Assembly: GCF_001194135.2 (NCBI RefSeq)
Contig: NC_068981.1
Coordinates: forward strand, 180,840,339-180,904,338
Length of the DNA stretch: 64,000 nucleotides
DNA from: Octopus bimaculoides
Lineage: Eukaryota
Reading direction: 5' to 3'
The notes under the pieces were generated by a model. It ran no database searches, had not been told where the DNA came from, and worked only from the letters and a program-made list of their open reading frames with translations. This document shows positions 50,189-61,923 of this stretch, piece by piece. Position 1 is the stretch's first letter. Every line of letters starts with the position of its first letter. The translations under genes and the position numbers were made by a program.

Positions 50189-50257
50189 TTACTGACAAAT
50201 TTTTCTGCAATTTTAGAACTTAAAAAGTCATCCAGAAACGCTAGATGTAATGTAGAT

Positions 50258-50523
50258 TAGCGGTACTCAAAGTGGTGGTCTGCGAGCCATCGGCTGCCAG
50301 TACGCAACGAGTTTCCATAAAAGAAACATTATAAAATGCTGATGTAATATTGTATTATTTGTTTACAAAATAAATATAAGATAAAAAAAAATTGTCAACT
50401 TTTATTATATTCATTATATATATTGTTTCCGGTATAAATTACTAAAAAAATATTAGCAGTCCCTGACACATTGGGGGGGGGGGGAATGCCGGTACGCCAC
50501 ATCAGATAGTTTGAGAAGCACTG
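50258..50523. mobile_element. hAT-type MITE with perfect 8-bp TSD
   Basis: Ends TAGCGGTACTCAA / TTGAGAAGCACTG; TSD ATGTAGAT at 50250-50257 and 50524-50531. Confidence 0.85.
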
Positions 50524-50586
50524 ATGTAGATTACGTCATATGTAGACAACCATAAGATCAAAAATTACAGGAGAATTTATCAGTAA

Positions 50587-50658
50587 AGCAGTTTAGCTTA
50601 ATGGTAGAGCACTTGGCCGAAAATCAAAGGGATGTGAGTTCGATTCTCATGGCTGGTT
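50587..50658 (+). ncRNA. tRNA-like cloverleaf (72 nt, Phe-like GAA loop) with downstream T7
   Basis: AGCAGTT TA GCTT AATGGTA GAGC A CTTGG-CCGAAAA-TCAAA GGGAT GTGAG-TTCGATT-CTCAT GGCTGGT T; T-run at 50668-50674. Confidence 0.5.
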
Positions 50659-51015
50659 GTTGATAAATTTTTTTATGCTGTTCTATTAGTATATATGCGT
50701 TAAAAAAATATATCTTTAAAATTGTGCTACAATAATGTTAGTGTTTAATCCTTCCTAGAATTAAGATTGAACAGATGTGGTGATATCTAAGGTATGTTTG
50801 TTCCCAAAGAACACTTATTTTAGTACTGTTGACACCACTGGATTGAACGGTACTGCCCAGGTGTCGAAACCATAGTGATATCCGTGGGGCAGCTGATAAT
50901 GTTGGTATGGCTGTTATTGTTTGCGCGGAATAGTTTTATAATACATCTATTTGATTAATTTATATATGTGTGTGTGCGCGTGTGTGTGTGTGTGTGTGAG
51001 ATAAGGTCGGTTTAT

Positions 51016-51076
51016 GGGATTACCTTAGGTTTCATAACCACAAAAGGACTGGCTTTATGGCGTATCATCAAATCCC
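51016..51076 (-). ncRNA. type-I hammerhead-like motif in the 3' region of a Penelope-like element
   Basis: GGGAT TTGATGA [long stem II GCCATAAAG-CCAGTC-CTTTTGTGGT] GAAA CCTAAGG TA ATCCC: 5-bp stem I, ACCT-A-AGGT stem III, GTA triplet. Confidence 0.6.
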
Positions 51077-51234
51077 CAAACTTGTGAGCTAAAGGCCTCT
51101 CTAGAATATGGAGGAGGAAAGGAGCTCGTTACTCAATGTCAACAAAGGGGATTGTCTCCCCTTCGCTATCGATCGCCAGTGTCAACAAAGGCGGTTGTGT
51201 CCCTTTGCTATTGATTGCCAGTGACCCTGCTATC

Positions 51235-51540
51235 TCATGGGTTCCAATAGGCTAGCAGTAATTTCCTGAAATGCAAGCACAGTCCGAAGACCTTTGTTCT
51301 GGAGTTCAAGATGTTCCCCGAGTCTAGGGAGTCCTTTAGGATCCTCACCCGTTCTGCTATGCATAATTTACAGCGGTTGGTCCCGTTTATGTAGGGGCCT
51401 GGATTCTCTAGGATTTTCCATGATATTATATATGGAATCCCGTCGTCTACTAGCTGTCATATGTGACTGGCTATATTGGAAAGGATTTACAAACTTTGTT
51501 GATTAGTTGTCATCAGTCGTGTTTATGGAACATCTTGCAA
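51235..51540 (-). mobile_element. Penelope-like element fragment (GIY-YIG endonuclease C-terminus)
   Basis: LSNIASHI*QL..GIPY.ISWKIL..PY..RCKLC.AE..IL..NILNSR..CLH.RKLLL, matching the PLE S.YIW.LK..I.W.I..C.LC.E..LN.R..C.H pattern; stop at 51235-51237. Confidence 0.7.
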
Positions 51541-53532
51541 GAAGCAAATCAATTCTATAAATGTTTCCCCAGAGCAGCATAGCAAATAAGTTGATATTAT
51601 TAAGCAGCATTGGCTACCGTGTACTTAGATGTCCTTTCATAATGGTTTTTTACACTAAGTGCTTGCTCAACTCGTGAGAAAATAAGGCCCAATTACACCT
51701 ACTCTCTTTAGGTCACATTGGATAGTGTTGTCCAAAGGTACATTATGCCTGAAGAAAGGTTGAGATGATCACAGCTGGAATGACTTTCACTATAAGTCTG
51801 GCCAGAGAACATTGCATTAATTTATGTTCCAAGTTCAAATCCCGCCCGAGCCGACTTTGTGTTTTAACCTTCTGGGAATCGCTTAGCTAAATACTAGTTA
51901 TTTGTTAGAGGGTGGGGTGTGACTACCCATCTCGCTACATTGGCACATAATCACACGTACATGCTTGGCTTTGTGACTAAGTTAAGACATTATTGTTGGG
52001 ACCAACAAAGATACAACGCGGGAGAGGGGGAGGTCACATAAAGAAACTGGTTTTGCAGTCTTTGGTTATTTCCCTTTACATTCTGCTGACTGGTGAGAAA
52101 GAAGTGAGGACAAAGGAAACAAGGAGAAAGAGAATAAAAACCAAGGGGAATAAAAAAGAAAGAAAGAGGAGGCGAGAAAGATAGAGGTAAGTGAGGAGAA
52201 GAAAGATTCAGAAAGAGAATGAGAAAGGAAAAGGAGAAAGAGACAAAAGAATGAGAGAGGGAGCGACAAGGAGTTACTGCATCTTCGTATGAGAGAAAAG
52301 GTCGAGTTTACTAAGAAGTCAACAGTACAGATAGACCCGACTAAATTATGTCAGGAATGCTTTGCTTTTGTGTTGATCTTTCTATTATTATTACTATTAT
52401 TATTTCTATTGTATCTATTTCTACAGGTGAATGGTTTTAACGCTTCATTTCGTGTTTTGATATATTTTTACCTTTTCTCCAACTATTTCACCGCATTCTC
52501 CAAATGAATAAAAATAAAGAATGAACCAATGTGTGGAGCTTCTCCAATGTGGTCACTTTTCCTACTAGAAATAGCAGCCAAATCTCTCTCAATTCAAATT
52601 GTCAACTTTAAAAAACAGAACGAACAAAATAAACAACGTATTTTTAGCCTCTCATATTCATAATGACAAGTTAGTCACGGTTGGAACACTTTTGATCACG
52701 GGTCTGCTCGATCAGAGCTACCTTGAGCCTAGACACATCTTGATTATCAAGTCAGAGCAGGTACCACTTATGTGATCATTCTAATGCTAGAAATACCAAC
52801 CAACTCTCACTCAAATCACTCCAAGACCACAGCCATCGCTTGCAACTGAGTATGATTTTGGTGGCAAATTGTATTAGGCGCCAATGTAGTTGTGAGCAGA
52901 CAGAGAAACATTCTTGACCCCCCCCCCCTTACCTTGATAAAGCAGAATATCAAGGATGTGACACTTGGAGGGTGAGACAGTTACACCAGCAATAGGCAGC
53001 TATTCGTTTTAAGCTGAATGGATTGGAGTAACGTGAAATGAAGTGCTTTACTAAAGACCACAATGCGTCACCCGGTTCGAACACCAAATACATGGACCTT
53101 ACAGTTGCGAACCTAACGCTCTAATCACTTCGTTATACATCACTTCCTACTACCTTCAAAATAGGAAGGTCACATTGGATAATGTAATCCTAGATACACA
53201 ATGTCTGAACGAAGGCCAGGATAGTCACTACTGAAACACCTTAGATGAGAAATCTGTTCAATAAGGAATGAACAAAATAAAATCAGATTAAAAAAAGACA
53301 ACCTTACAAAAAAAAAATAATAAATCTCCCCCCACAAAAAGTGGTTTAGTCATCTGTGAGTATTTATATAAAACGTTAATATAATGTTAATTATAGTTGG
53401 TTCCCACTATCGCACGGTAGATTTTCTATGGAAAATCTATAAATACTATAATATTTATAGATTTACAATATTTGTTTGTAGCAAATAAAATATATATATA
53501 TTTGAATGTGGCGCCATAAAATTTTAAATAGC

Positions 53533-54188
53533 GGATCTATTTTAAAACGGGGGCCACAGTTTTCATTAATGTTTTACGTAGTGTTTTTGGTACGGAAAGA
53601 CTTTCAAACTTCGTATACTTATCTATTTTGTGTTATAGAACAGAAAAATATTTTGGTATTCGAATTTATTTCATGTAAAAAATTGTCTTATTTCGATAAT
53701 TTCTTCTAATCACTGACGTCTATTCAGTTGAAAACAGTTAGCGCTGTAACGGTGTATATCGTATTAATCTCCTAACCCTAACCCTAACTAGACTGTTAAC
53801 CGTAACCCTAACCCTAACCCTAAACCTAAAACTAACCGTAACTCGAGAATCCGAACTCTAAAATTGTTACACACATAGATACGCACAGCGTAATTTATTA
53901 TATAAACAATATATGCGTATAAATTACGATTAAACCGGATGAAATATGTCACAGGGAATAACATTTTTATGACCGCCCAGCAGTAACGCTTATTCAGCTG
54001 AATAGACGTCAGTGATTGGTTGAAATTACAGAAATACGACAACTTTAACATGGAATAACTTAGGGATTTCTTTTTTTTTTTAAGAAGACTAAGAGAAAAA
54101 GATGTTTTATATGACACATTCTACCAGTGTTCCAAGTTTCAAAGTGTTTCGTTAAGAAAATACTGTGGCCCCCGTTTTAAAATAGATC
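53533..54188. mobile_element. MITE with 27-bp TIRs, 8-9 bp TSD and an internal (CCCTAA)-like array
   Basis: TIR GATCTATTTTAAAACGGGGGCCACAGT; TSD TTAAATAGC at 53524-53532 and 54189-54197. Confidence 0.9.
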
Positions 54189-55609
54189 TTAAATAGCTAT
54201 TTCGAAAAGTTTCATGGTGCCTTTATTTTGTCATTGCTTTTGTTTTACAGCAGTGGTCAAGGATGTTTTGAATATACATATCATCATCATCAACAATTAA
54301 CGTCTGTTTTCCATGCTAGCATGGGTTGGACAGTTTGACAGGAACTGGTAAGTTCAGAAGCTGCACCAGTCACCATACTCTGTTTTGGCTTGGTTTCTAC
54401 AGTTGGATGCCCTTCCTAACGCCAACCACTCCACGGAGTGTACTGGGTGCTTGCTTTTTACGTGACACCAGCACCCACACCAATGCGTTTTACGTGGCAC
54501 TTTGGTTTTAGGATTTCAATTCTGTTGTGGTGGGCAGGTCTTCCTGAATACAACGATGCATTACGTATCCCATTCCTCTGTCGTCTCCTTCATAAGGTTC
54601 AGCATTTTGAGATCAGCCTTCAATACTTCAACACGTCTTCCTGAGATTTCCTCTTCCAGTACTTCCCTCTACATGTTACCAGGATTAACGACTCGAGTCA
54701 AAATGTCTTGACTGAGTAAGGTCTTGTGTAAATGATGAATTTTCTTTTTATTTATTGCACAGTGATCCGAAACTAGGCGCGGTCCCAGGAATTTTTCGAG
54801 AGGAGGGCATAAGGTCAGAAGGGAATACAATTCCTGGAGAAAAGGGCATAACATTATTTAGAATGGCACACTTTTTTTCTTAAGGGGGGCACGTGCCCCT
54901 CTGCCCTCCTCCTTGGGTACATCCCAGTAAAACATACATATCAAATGCATTCAAAATATCATTACTCAGTTTGACATACCAGACTATCTGATATATATAT
55001 CTGATAGTTTGACTGATTGATGGATGGATGTATATACCAGACTATCAGATGTTGCAGTCACAATGTGTTTCACATTGTTTTAGCTTTCAAACGACAGTAC
55101 CCCACTGACTAGATGAGCAGGCCAACACTTCTCCTCATCTAAAAGCTATTTCATCACAGGCCTATTCATTTACAGTTGAGTAGACTGGAACAACATGAAA
55201 TGAAGTGTTTTGCTCAAGGACGCAACACGCCACCCAGTCCAGGAATCACATCCATGATCTAGCTATCACAAGTACATTATCCTAACAACTAGGCCAAGTA
55301 CTTTCTGTGTTGTTTACTTGAACAAAACTTTCCATTTCTCATTGTTCCAGTTCACTCAACTGTGAACGGGTAACCCTGGGACGGAACAGCCTTCAGATCA
55401 GGGCTAATGTTGGCCAGCATTATTCAAAAGCTAAAACAATATATATTTAAATTTGTTTTTATGTCAAGTTGTTGTCTTCGAATATCTTGTTGCCGTAATG
55501 TTATGACGATGTTGGGGTGTGCTCAATGGTGTAGGAATAGTATTACCCAAATAAATATTTGGATATGGTTATCTAGAATAACCTTTCACAGAATTAATAT
55601 GTTCACACA

Positions 55610-56825
55610 GCAATGAATTCCGGGTAGAGGTAGGGGTCCACCAAGGTTCCGTCCTCAGCCCCCTCTTATTTACCATAGTCCTCCAGGCAATCACAGAGGA
55701 GTTCAAGACAGGTTGCCCCTGGGAGCTCCTCTATGCTGATGACCTTGCCCTAATTGCGGAGTCACTATCAGAACTAGAGGAGAAGTTTCAGGTGTGGAAG
55801 CAAGGTCTAGAATTGAAGGGCCTTAGAGTCAACCTAGCTAAAACCAAAATCCTAATAAGTAGGAAGGTAGATAAAACACAAACCCCTTCAGGTAGATGGC
55901 CNNNNNNNNNNNNNNNNNNNNNNNNNNNNNNNNNNNNNNNNNNNNNNNNNNNNNNNNNNNNNNNNNNNNNNNNNNNNNNNNNNNNNNNNNNNNNNNNNNN
56001 NNNNNNNNNNNNNNNNNNNNNNNNNNNNNNNNNNNNNNNNNNNNNNNNNNNNNNNNNNNNNNNNNNNNNNNNNNNNNNNNNNNNNNNNNNNNNNNNNNNN
56101 NNNNNNNNNNNNNNNNNNNNNNNNNNNNNNNNNNNNNNNNNNNNNNNNNNNNNNNNNNNNNNNNNNNNNNNNNNNNNNNNNNNNNNNNNNNNNNNNNNNN
56201 NNNNNNNNNNNNNNNNNNNNNNNNNNNNNNNNNNNNNNNNNNNNNNNNNNNNNNNNNNNNNNNNNNNNNNNNNNNNNNNNNNNNNNNNNNNNNNNNNNNN
56301 NNNNNNNNNNNNNNNNNNNNNNNNNNNNNNNNNNNNNNNNNNNNNNNNNNNNNNNNNNNNNNNNNNNNNNNNNNNNNNNNNNNNNNNNNNNNNNNNNNNN
56401 NNNNNNNNNNNNNNNNNNNNNNNNNNNNNNNNNNNNNNNNNNNNNNNNNNNNNNNNNNNNNNNNNNNNNNNNNNNNNNNNNNNNNNNNNNNNNNNNNNNN
56501 NNNNNNNNNNNNNNNNNNNNNNNNNNNNNNNNNNNNNNNNNNNNNNNNNNNNNNNNNNNNNNNNNNNNNNNNNNNNNNNNNNNNNNNNNNNNNNNNNNNN
56601 NNNNNNNNNNNNNNNNNNNNNNNNNNNNNNNNNNNNNNNNNNNNNNNNNNNNNNNNNNNNNNNNNNNNNNNNNNNNNNNNNNNNNNNNNNNNNNNNNNNN
56701 NNNNNNNNNNNNNNNNNNNNNNNNNNNNNNNNNNAGCCTGGTGTTGCCATCCGGTTTCACCAGTTCTCAGTCAAATCGTCCAACCCATGCTAGCATGGAA
56801 AGCGGACGTTAAACGATGATGATGA
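55610..56825 (+). mobile_element. young 5'-truncated RTE LINE (RT fragment, gap, 3' UTR with GAT tail)
   Basis: Open frame EFRVEVGVHQGSVLSPLLF..LLYADDLALIAE..LRVNLAKTK (QG.LSP and YADD motifs). Linkage across the 834-N gap is inferred. Confidence 0.85.
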
Positions 56826-56871
56826 GAACGTGCTTTCTGCTTCCGTACTATGCCAAACGTAGATATGATAT

Positions 56872-57160
56872 TTATTTCTTTTATTGCTCACAGTGGGCTA
56901 AACATAGAGGGGACAAACAAGGACAGACAAAGGGATTACGTCGATTACATTGACCCCAGTGCATAACTTACTTATTTAATCGACTCCGAAAGGATGAAAG
57001 GCAAAGTCGACCTCGGCAGAATTTGAACTCAGAACGTAACGGCAGACGAAATACCGCTAAGCNNNNNNNNNNAGAATTTGAACTCAGAACGTAACGGCAG
57101 ACGAAATACCGCTAAGCATTTTGCCTGGCATGCTAACAATTCTGCCAGCTCGCTACCTTT
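56872..57160 (-). mobile_element. SINE family D
   Basis: Near-identical to 46735-46970. Confidence 0.8.
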
Positions 57161-57494
57161 GTAGGTACGATATTAAACTAAAACAGTAATCCAATACAAA
57201 CGATCAACACTGTCAACTGCTGATTATCAAGTGCCGATGCGCAGTTTCTTTATTTTATTAAAATGTGTCAGTCCATTTTTGGTCATTTGGGAGTGGTCAG
57301 GATCCTTCCACAACACAAGTTATAATAAAAACAATTTTACAGCAAACTGAAGGATTACTCAATATTTTTTGTAGAGTGTATATTACTCTTTAACAAGAAG
57401 TGTTGACAGTAACTTCAAAGTTTCCACCTGCTTAGCCTTCATCAGGTGATTAAAGACTTTCTCTATTCCCGAGCGTTAAACTAATACATCCTTT

Positions 57495-57795
57495 GGATCT
57501 TTTTTAAAACGGGGGCCACATTTTTCATTAACGAAACACTTTGAAACTTGGAACACTGGTAGAATGTGTCTTATAAAACATTTTTTTCTCTTAGTCTTCT
57601 TAAAAAAAAAAAGAAATCCCTAAGTTATTCCATGTTAAAGTTGTCGTATTTCTGTAATTTCAACCAATCACTGACGTCCATTCAGCCGATGTACATTAAG
57701 TGCCGACTACATAAACAAACGATTCTGAAACAATTCTATCGGTGATAGGGTTAGGGTTAGGGTAAAACAGCAAATTTAAAAAGAAAAAAGAAAAT
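57495..57795. mobile_element. second, inverted copy of the 53533-54188 MITE (far end lost in gap)
   Basis: Reverse complement of 53950-54188; TTAGGGTTAGGGT near 57750. Confidence 0.85.
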
Positions 57796-58411
57796 NNNNN
57801 NNNNNNNNNNNNNNNNNNNNNNNNNNNNNNNNNNNNNNNNNNNNNNNNNNNNNNNNNNNNNNNNNNNNNNNNNNNNNNNNNNNNNNNNNNNNNNNNNNNN
57901 NNNNNNNNNNNNNNNNNNNNNNNNNNNNNNNNNNNNNNNNNNNNNNNNNNNNNNNNNNNNNNNNNNNNNNNNNNNNNNNNNNNNNNNNNNNNNNNNNNNN
58001 NNNNNNNNNNNNNNNNNNNNNNNNNNNNNNNNNNNNNNNNNNNNNNNNNNNNNNNNNNNNNNNNNNNNNNNNNNNNNNNNNNNNNNNNNNNNNNNNNNNN
58101 NNNNNNNNNNNNNNNNNNNNNNNNNNNNNNNNNNNNNNNNNNNNNNNNNNNNNNNNNNNNNNNNNNNNNNNNNNNNNNNNNNNNNNNNNNNNNNNNNNNN
58201 NNNNNNNNNNNNNNNNNNNNNNNNNNNNNNNNNNNNNNNNNNNNNNNNNNNNNNNNNNNNNNNNNNNNNNNNNNNNNNNNNNNNNNNNNNNNNNNNNNNN
58301 NNNNNNNNNNNNNNNNNNNNNNNNNNNNNNNNNNNNNNNNNNNNNNNNNNNNNNNNNNNNNNNNNNNNNNNNNNNNNNNNNNNNNNNNNNNNNNNNNNNN
58401 NNNNNNNNNNN

Positions 58412-58446
<35 letters not shown>

Positions 58447-58739
58447 CACACACACACACACACACACACATATCCTCTGAGAGAATCAGAATTTAATGTA
58501 AAGTACTTAGTAACAAAGTACAGTACAAATATTTGTTTTGCTTGGATGTTGTTACTTCACTAAATGAAGTGACAACAACAAATTAAGCATATATAAACAT
58601 TATATATATATAAACATTATATATATATATATATATACTTGAGTAAGCACATAAATGTGAAACAAAGTGGGAAAAAATAGTACTTGAATACTAGAGGTAG
58701 AGTAATATACTTTATTATTAAAGAGGCAAAAACATCATA

Positions 58740-58810
58740 AAAACTGCTACTCAGAGTTTCACATTCCTGTGCTTGATGAGCAGGAACGTGAAATTCTGAG
58801 CAGCAGTTTT
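58740..58810. repeat. 30-bp fold-back (27/30) whose arms are hammerhead-like halves
   Basis: Arms 58740-58769 and 58781-58810. Plus strand reads TGC TTGATGA GCA-GGAA-CGT GAAA TTCTGAG CA GCA. Confidence 0.7.
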
Positions 58811-58854
58811 GGTGATATTTTCAGGATATTTTTGCACCTTTAATAATCAAGTGT

Positions 58855-59380
58855 AGGAGTGGCTGTGTGGTAAGTAGGCACAAGAGTGGCTGTGTGGTAA
58901 GTAGGTTGCTTACCAACCACATGGTTCCAGGTTCAGTCCCACTGTGTGGCATCTTGGGTAAGTGTTTTCTACTATAGCCTTGGGCCAACCAAAGCCTTGT
59001 GAGTGGATTTGGTAGACGGAAACTGAAAAAAGCCCGTCGTAAAGAAGCCTGTCTAACACCTGTGGACATGTTACAAAGTCAGAAAACAGCACCGCTTCCA
59101 TGACTTTCGGAAACATTTTTTCATGCTAAGAGTTGCTGAAGCATGGAACAAACTGCCGGCATCAGTCGTTAGTTGTCGGAGTACTGCATCCTTCAAAACT
59201 TCCATGCTTCCTGAGATTCGCCAACACTACACCTGATTTTTTCCCCTCCATACACACACAAGCATGTATCTGACTCATACACTGTTCACTTTCCAGACAT
59301 TTGTACAATACTGCATATGCTTTATACGCACTTTTGACAAGTTGTAGTGCACCTGAGCACTGTATACAATAATTTCATAT
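58855..59380 (+). mobile_element. SINE B 5' half fused to a CR1/L2-type LINE 3' end (59040-59380)
   Basis: RKHFFMLRVAEAWNKLPASVVSCRSTASFK (R..FF..RV...WN.LP..VV motif) followed by a 3' UTR. Confidence 0.7.
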
Positions 59381-60410
59381 ATGTATGCACATGATTGGAG
59401 CCTGGTGTAGCCATCTCGTTCACCAGTCCTCAGTCAAATTGTCCAACCCATGCTAGCATGGAAAGCGGACGTTAAACGATGATGATGATGATTAAGGTGG
59501 TGAGCTGGTAGAATCATTAGCATGCCAAGCAATATGCCTAGTGCTATTTCATCCATCTTTCTGTTCTGAGTTCAAATTCCACCAATGTCAATTTTGCCTT
59601 TCATCTTTTCGGGGTTGACAAAATAAGTACAGTTAAGTACTGAAGTCAATTTAATCAACTTACCCCCTCCCTGCAAACTGCTAGTCCTGAGCCAAAATTG
59701 GAAACCAATATTACTGGCCACATTAAAAACCTTAAAATATTGTAACAGCTAAATCTAGCCAAATTTACAGGGTANNNNNNNNNNNNNNNNNNNNNNNNNN
59801 NNNNNNNNNNNNNNNNNNNNNNNNNNNNNNNNNNNNNNNNNNNNNNNNNNNNNNNNNNNNNNNNNNNNNNNNNNNNNNNNNNNNNNNNNNNNNNNNNNNN
59901 NNNNNNNNNNNNNNNNNNNNNNNNNNNNNNNNNNNNNNNNNNNNNNNNNNNNNNNNNNNNNNNNNNNNNNNNNNNNNNNNNNNNNNNNNNNNNNNNNNNN
60001 NNNNNNNNNNNNNNNNNNNNNNNNNNNNNNNNNNNNNNNNNNNNNNNNNNNNNNNNNNNNNNNNNNNNNNNNNNNNNNNNNNNNNNNNNNNNNNNNNNNN
60101 NNNNNNNNNNNNNNNNNNNNNNNNNNNNNNNNNNNNNNNNNNNNNNNNNNNNNNNNNNNNNNNNNNNNNNNNNNNNNNNNNNNNNNNNNNNNNNNNNNNN
60201 NNNNNNNNNNNNNNNNNNNNNNNNNNNNNNNNNNNNNNNNNNNNNNNNNNNNNNNNNNNNNNNNNNNNNNNNNNNNNNNNNNNNNNNNNNNNNNNNNNNN
60301 NNNNNNNNNNNNNNNNNNNNNNNNNNNNNNNNNNNNNNNNNNNNNNNNNNNNNNNNNNNNNNNNNNNNNNNNNNNNNNNNNNNNNNNNNNNNNNNNNNNN
60401 NNNNNNNNNN

Positions 60411-60617
60411 TATATGTATATATATGTATGTGTTTGTGTGTCAGTGTTTGTCCCCCTCCCCCAACATCACTTGACAATCGATGGCGGTTCGGCAAAAGAG
60501 ACGGATAGAATAAGTACTAGGCTTACAAAGAATAAGTCCTGGGGTCGATTTGCTCGACTAAAGGCGGTGATCCAGCATGGCCACAATCAAATGACTGAAA
60601 CAAGTAAAAGAGTAAAA
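60411..60617 (+). mobile_element. SINE family B 3' half
   Basis: Matches 24800-25010. Confidence 0.8.
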
Positions 60618-61539
60618 GATAACCTGTGAATATCTTCAGAGATATCATTCACCACAATAAAGACAAGTTGTTTATGATCTGAACAAGGGTATTCAAGCCA
60701 AATTAACCTGCTAGTTACTTGAAATCTGTACATCAGTTGTGTTAAATTTGGGATTTACTCTCAAGAGTATGATGGGCTATTATATTTTGTGGATTAGTTA
60801 ATCCAAGCAGAACCAACTGAGGCTGCAATGCCACCATAGATCATTCATAAAGAACACATATTTATAACAGAAACTGTCTTTATCAAATAAACAAGTCTAA
60901 CAAAGGCGAGAAACTGTAAGAGTATTTTTGCATTGAAATCTAGTGGAATGTGAAATGCTATGATAAAGAGTGTGTGTGTGTGTGTGTGATAAAAACAGAG
61001 CAGTAGAAATGCCAAACCCAGATATTATCAGATATTAAAACCCAGATATTATAAAATCAGAGATGTTATGCAAGATCAGCGACAAAAATTTTAATTAACA
61101 AAATTAAAGTCGAAATATAAATATACATAAATATGTGTGTGGTTGTGAAAATGTAAATACATTATGTACAAGGATATACAAATCTACACACACAAAATAC
61201 AATAGCTGACATTTCAAAGTAACCCCAGATCTCTTCTTTCATTAAGAACGATGACCTACAGATCAGCACAGGAAGGAGTAACAGTTCTCAAGAGTTTTTC
61301 AACTAAAACAGTGGTAAATTGTCATAGTAGTAGGTTCCTATACACAGTCAAGTCGATGAGGTTACAATGTTTATAATATACAGCAGTGAGGTAGGTAAGG
61401 TATGTCATATGATGTGATTTATTATGACAAAATGAAATAGTTCAAAGTAACTGGATCTGGACGGTAAAAGAAAATTTTGACTGAATGAACGTATGTATGT
61501 TTAAGCAAATATTATGTAAGTAAATGTTATATATGTGTT

Positions 61540-61577
<38 letters not shown>

Positions 61578-61586
61578 TAGATATAG

Positions 61587-61623
<37 letters not shown>

Positions 61624-61843
61624 TAAATATATATATATAAATGTATACACACACATACGGTGGGGGGTGTTTTTTTTTTTAAATTATATATTCAAACAGC
61701 AAACATTTCAAAGGAAAATCAACCTCAGGTTACCAACTGTATAATGAGAAGCATGTAACTCAGGGTACTACAAAGAGCCTTTCAATTACAATATATTAAA
61801 TAGTACTCTACACTTACGTAATTTATCTTATCGCTTCTGGTGA

Positions 61844-61882
<39 letters not shown>

Positions 61883-61891
61883 ATATATATA

Positions 61892-61923
<32 letters not shown>

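Noticed and set aside
57018-57117. 45-nt direct repeat either side of a 10-N gap (similar case at 6743-6820)
   Set aside because: Typical unmerged contig overlap; assembly artefact.
17527-60495. Long ORFs made mostly of X, or of IYIY/CVCV/THTH runs
   Set aside because: Artefacts of N-gaps and dinucleotide microsatellites.
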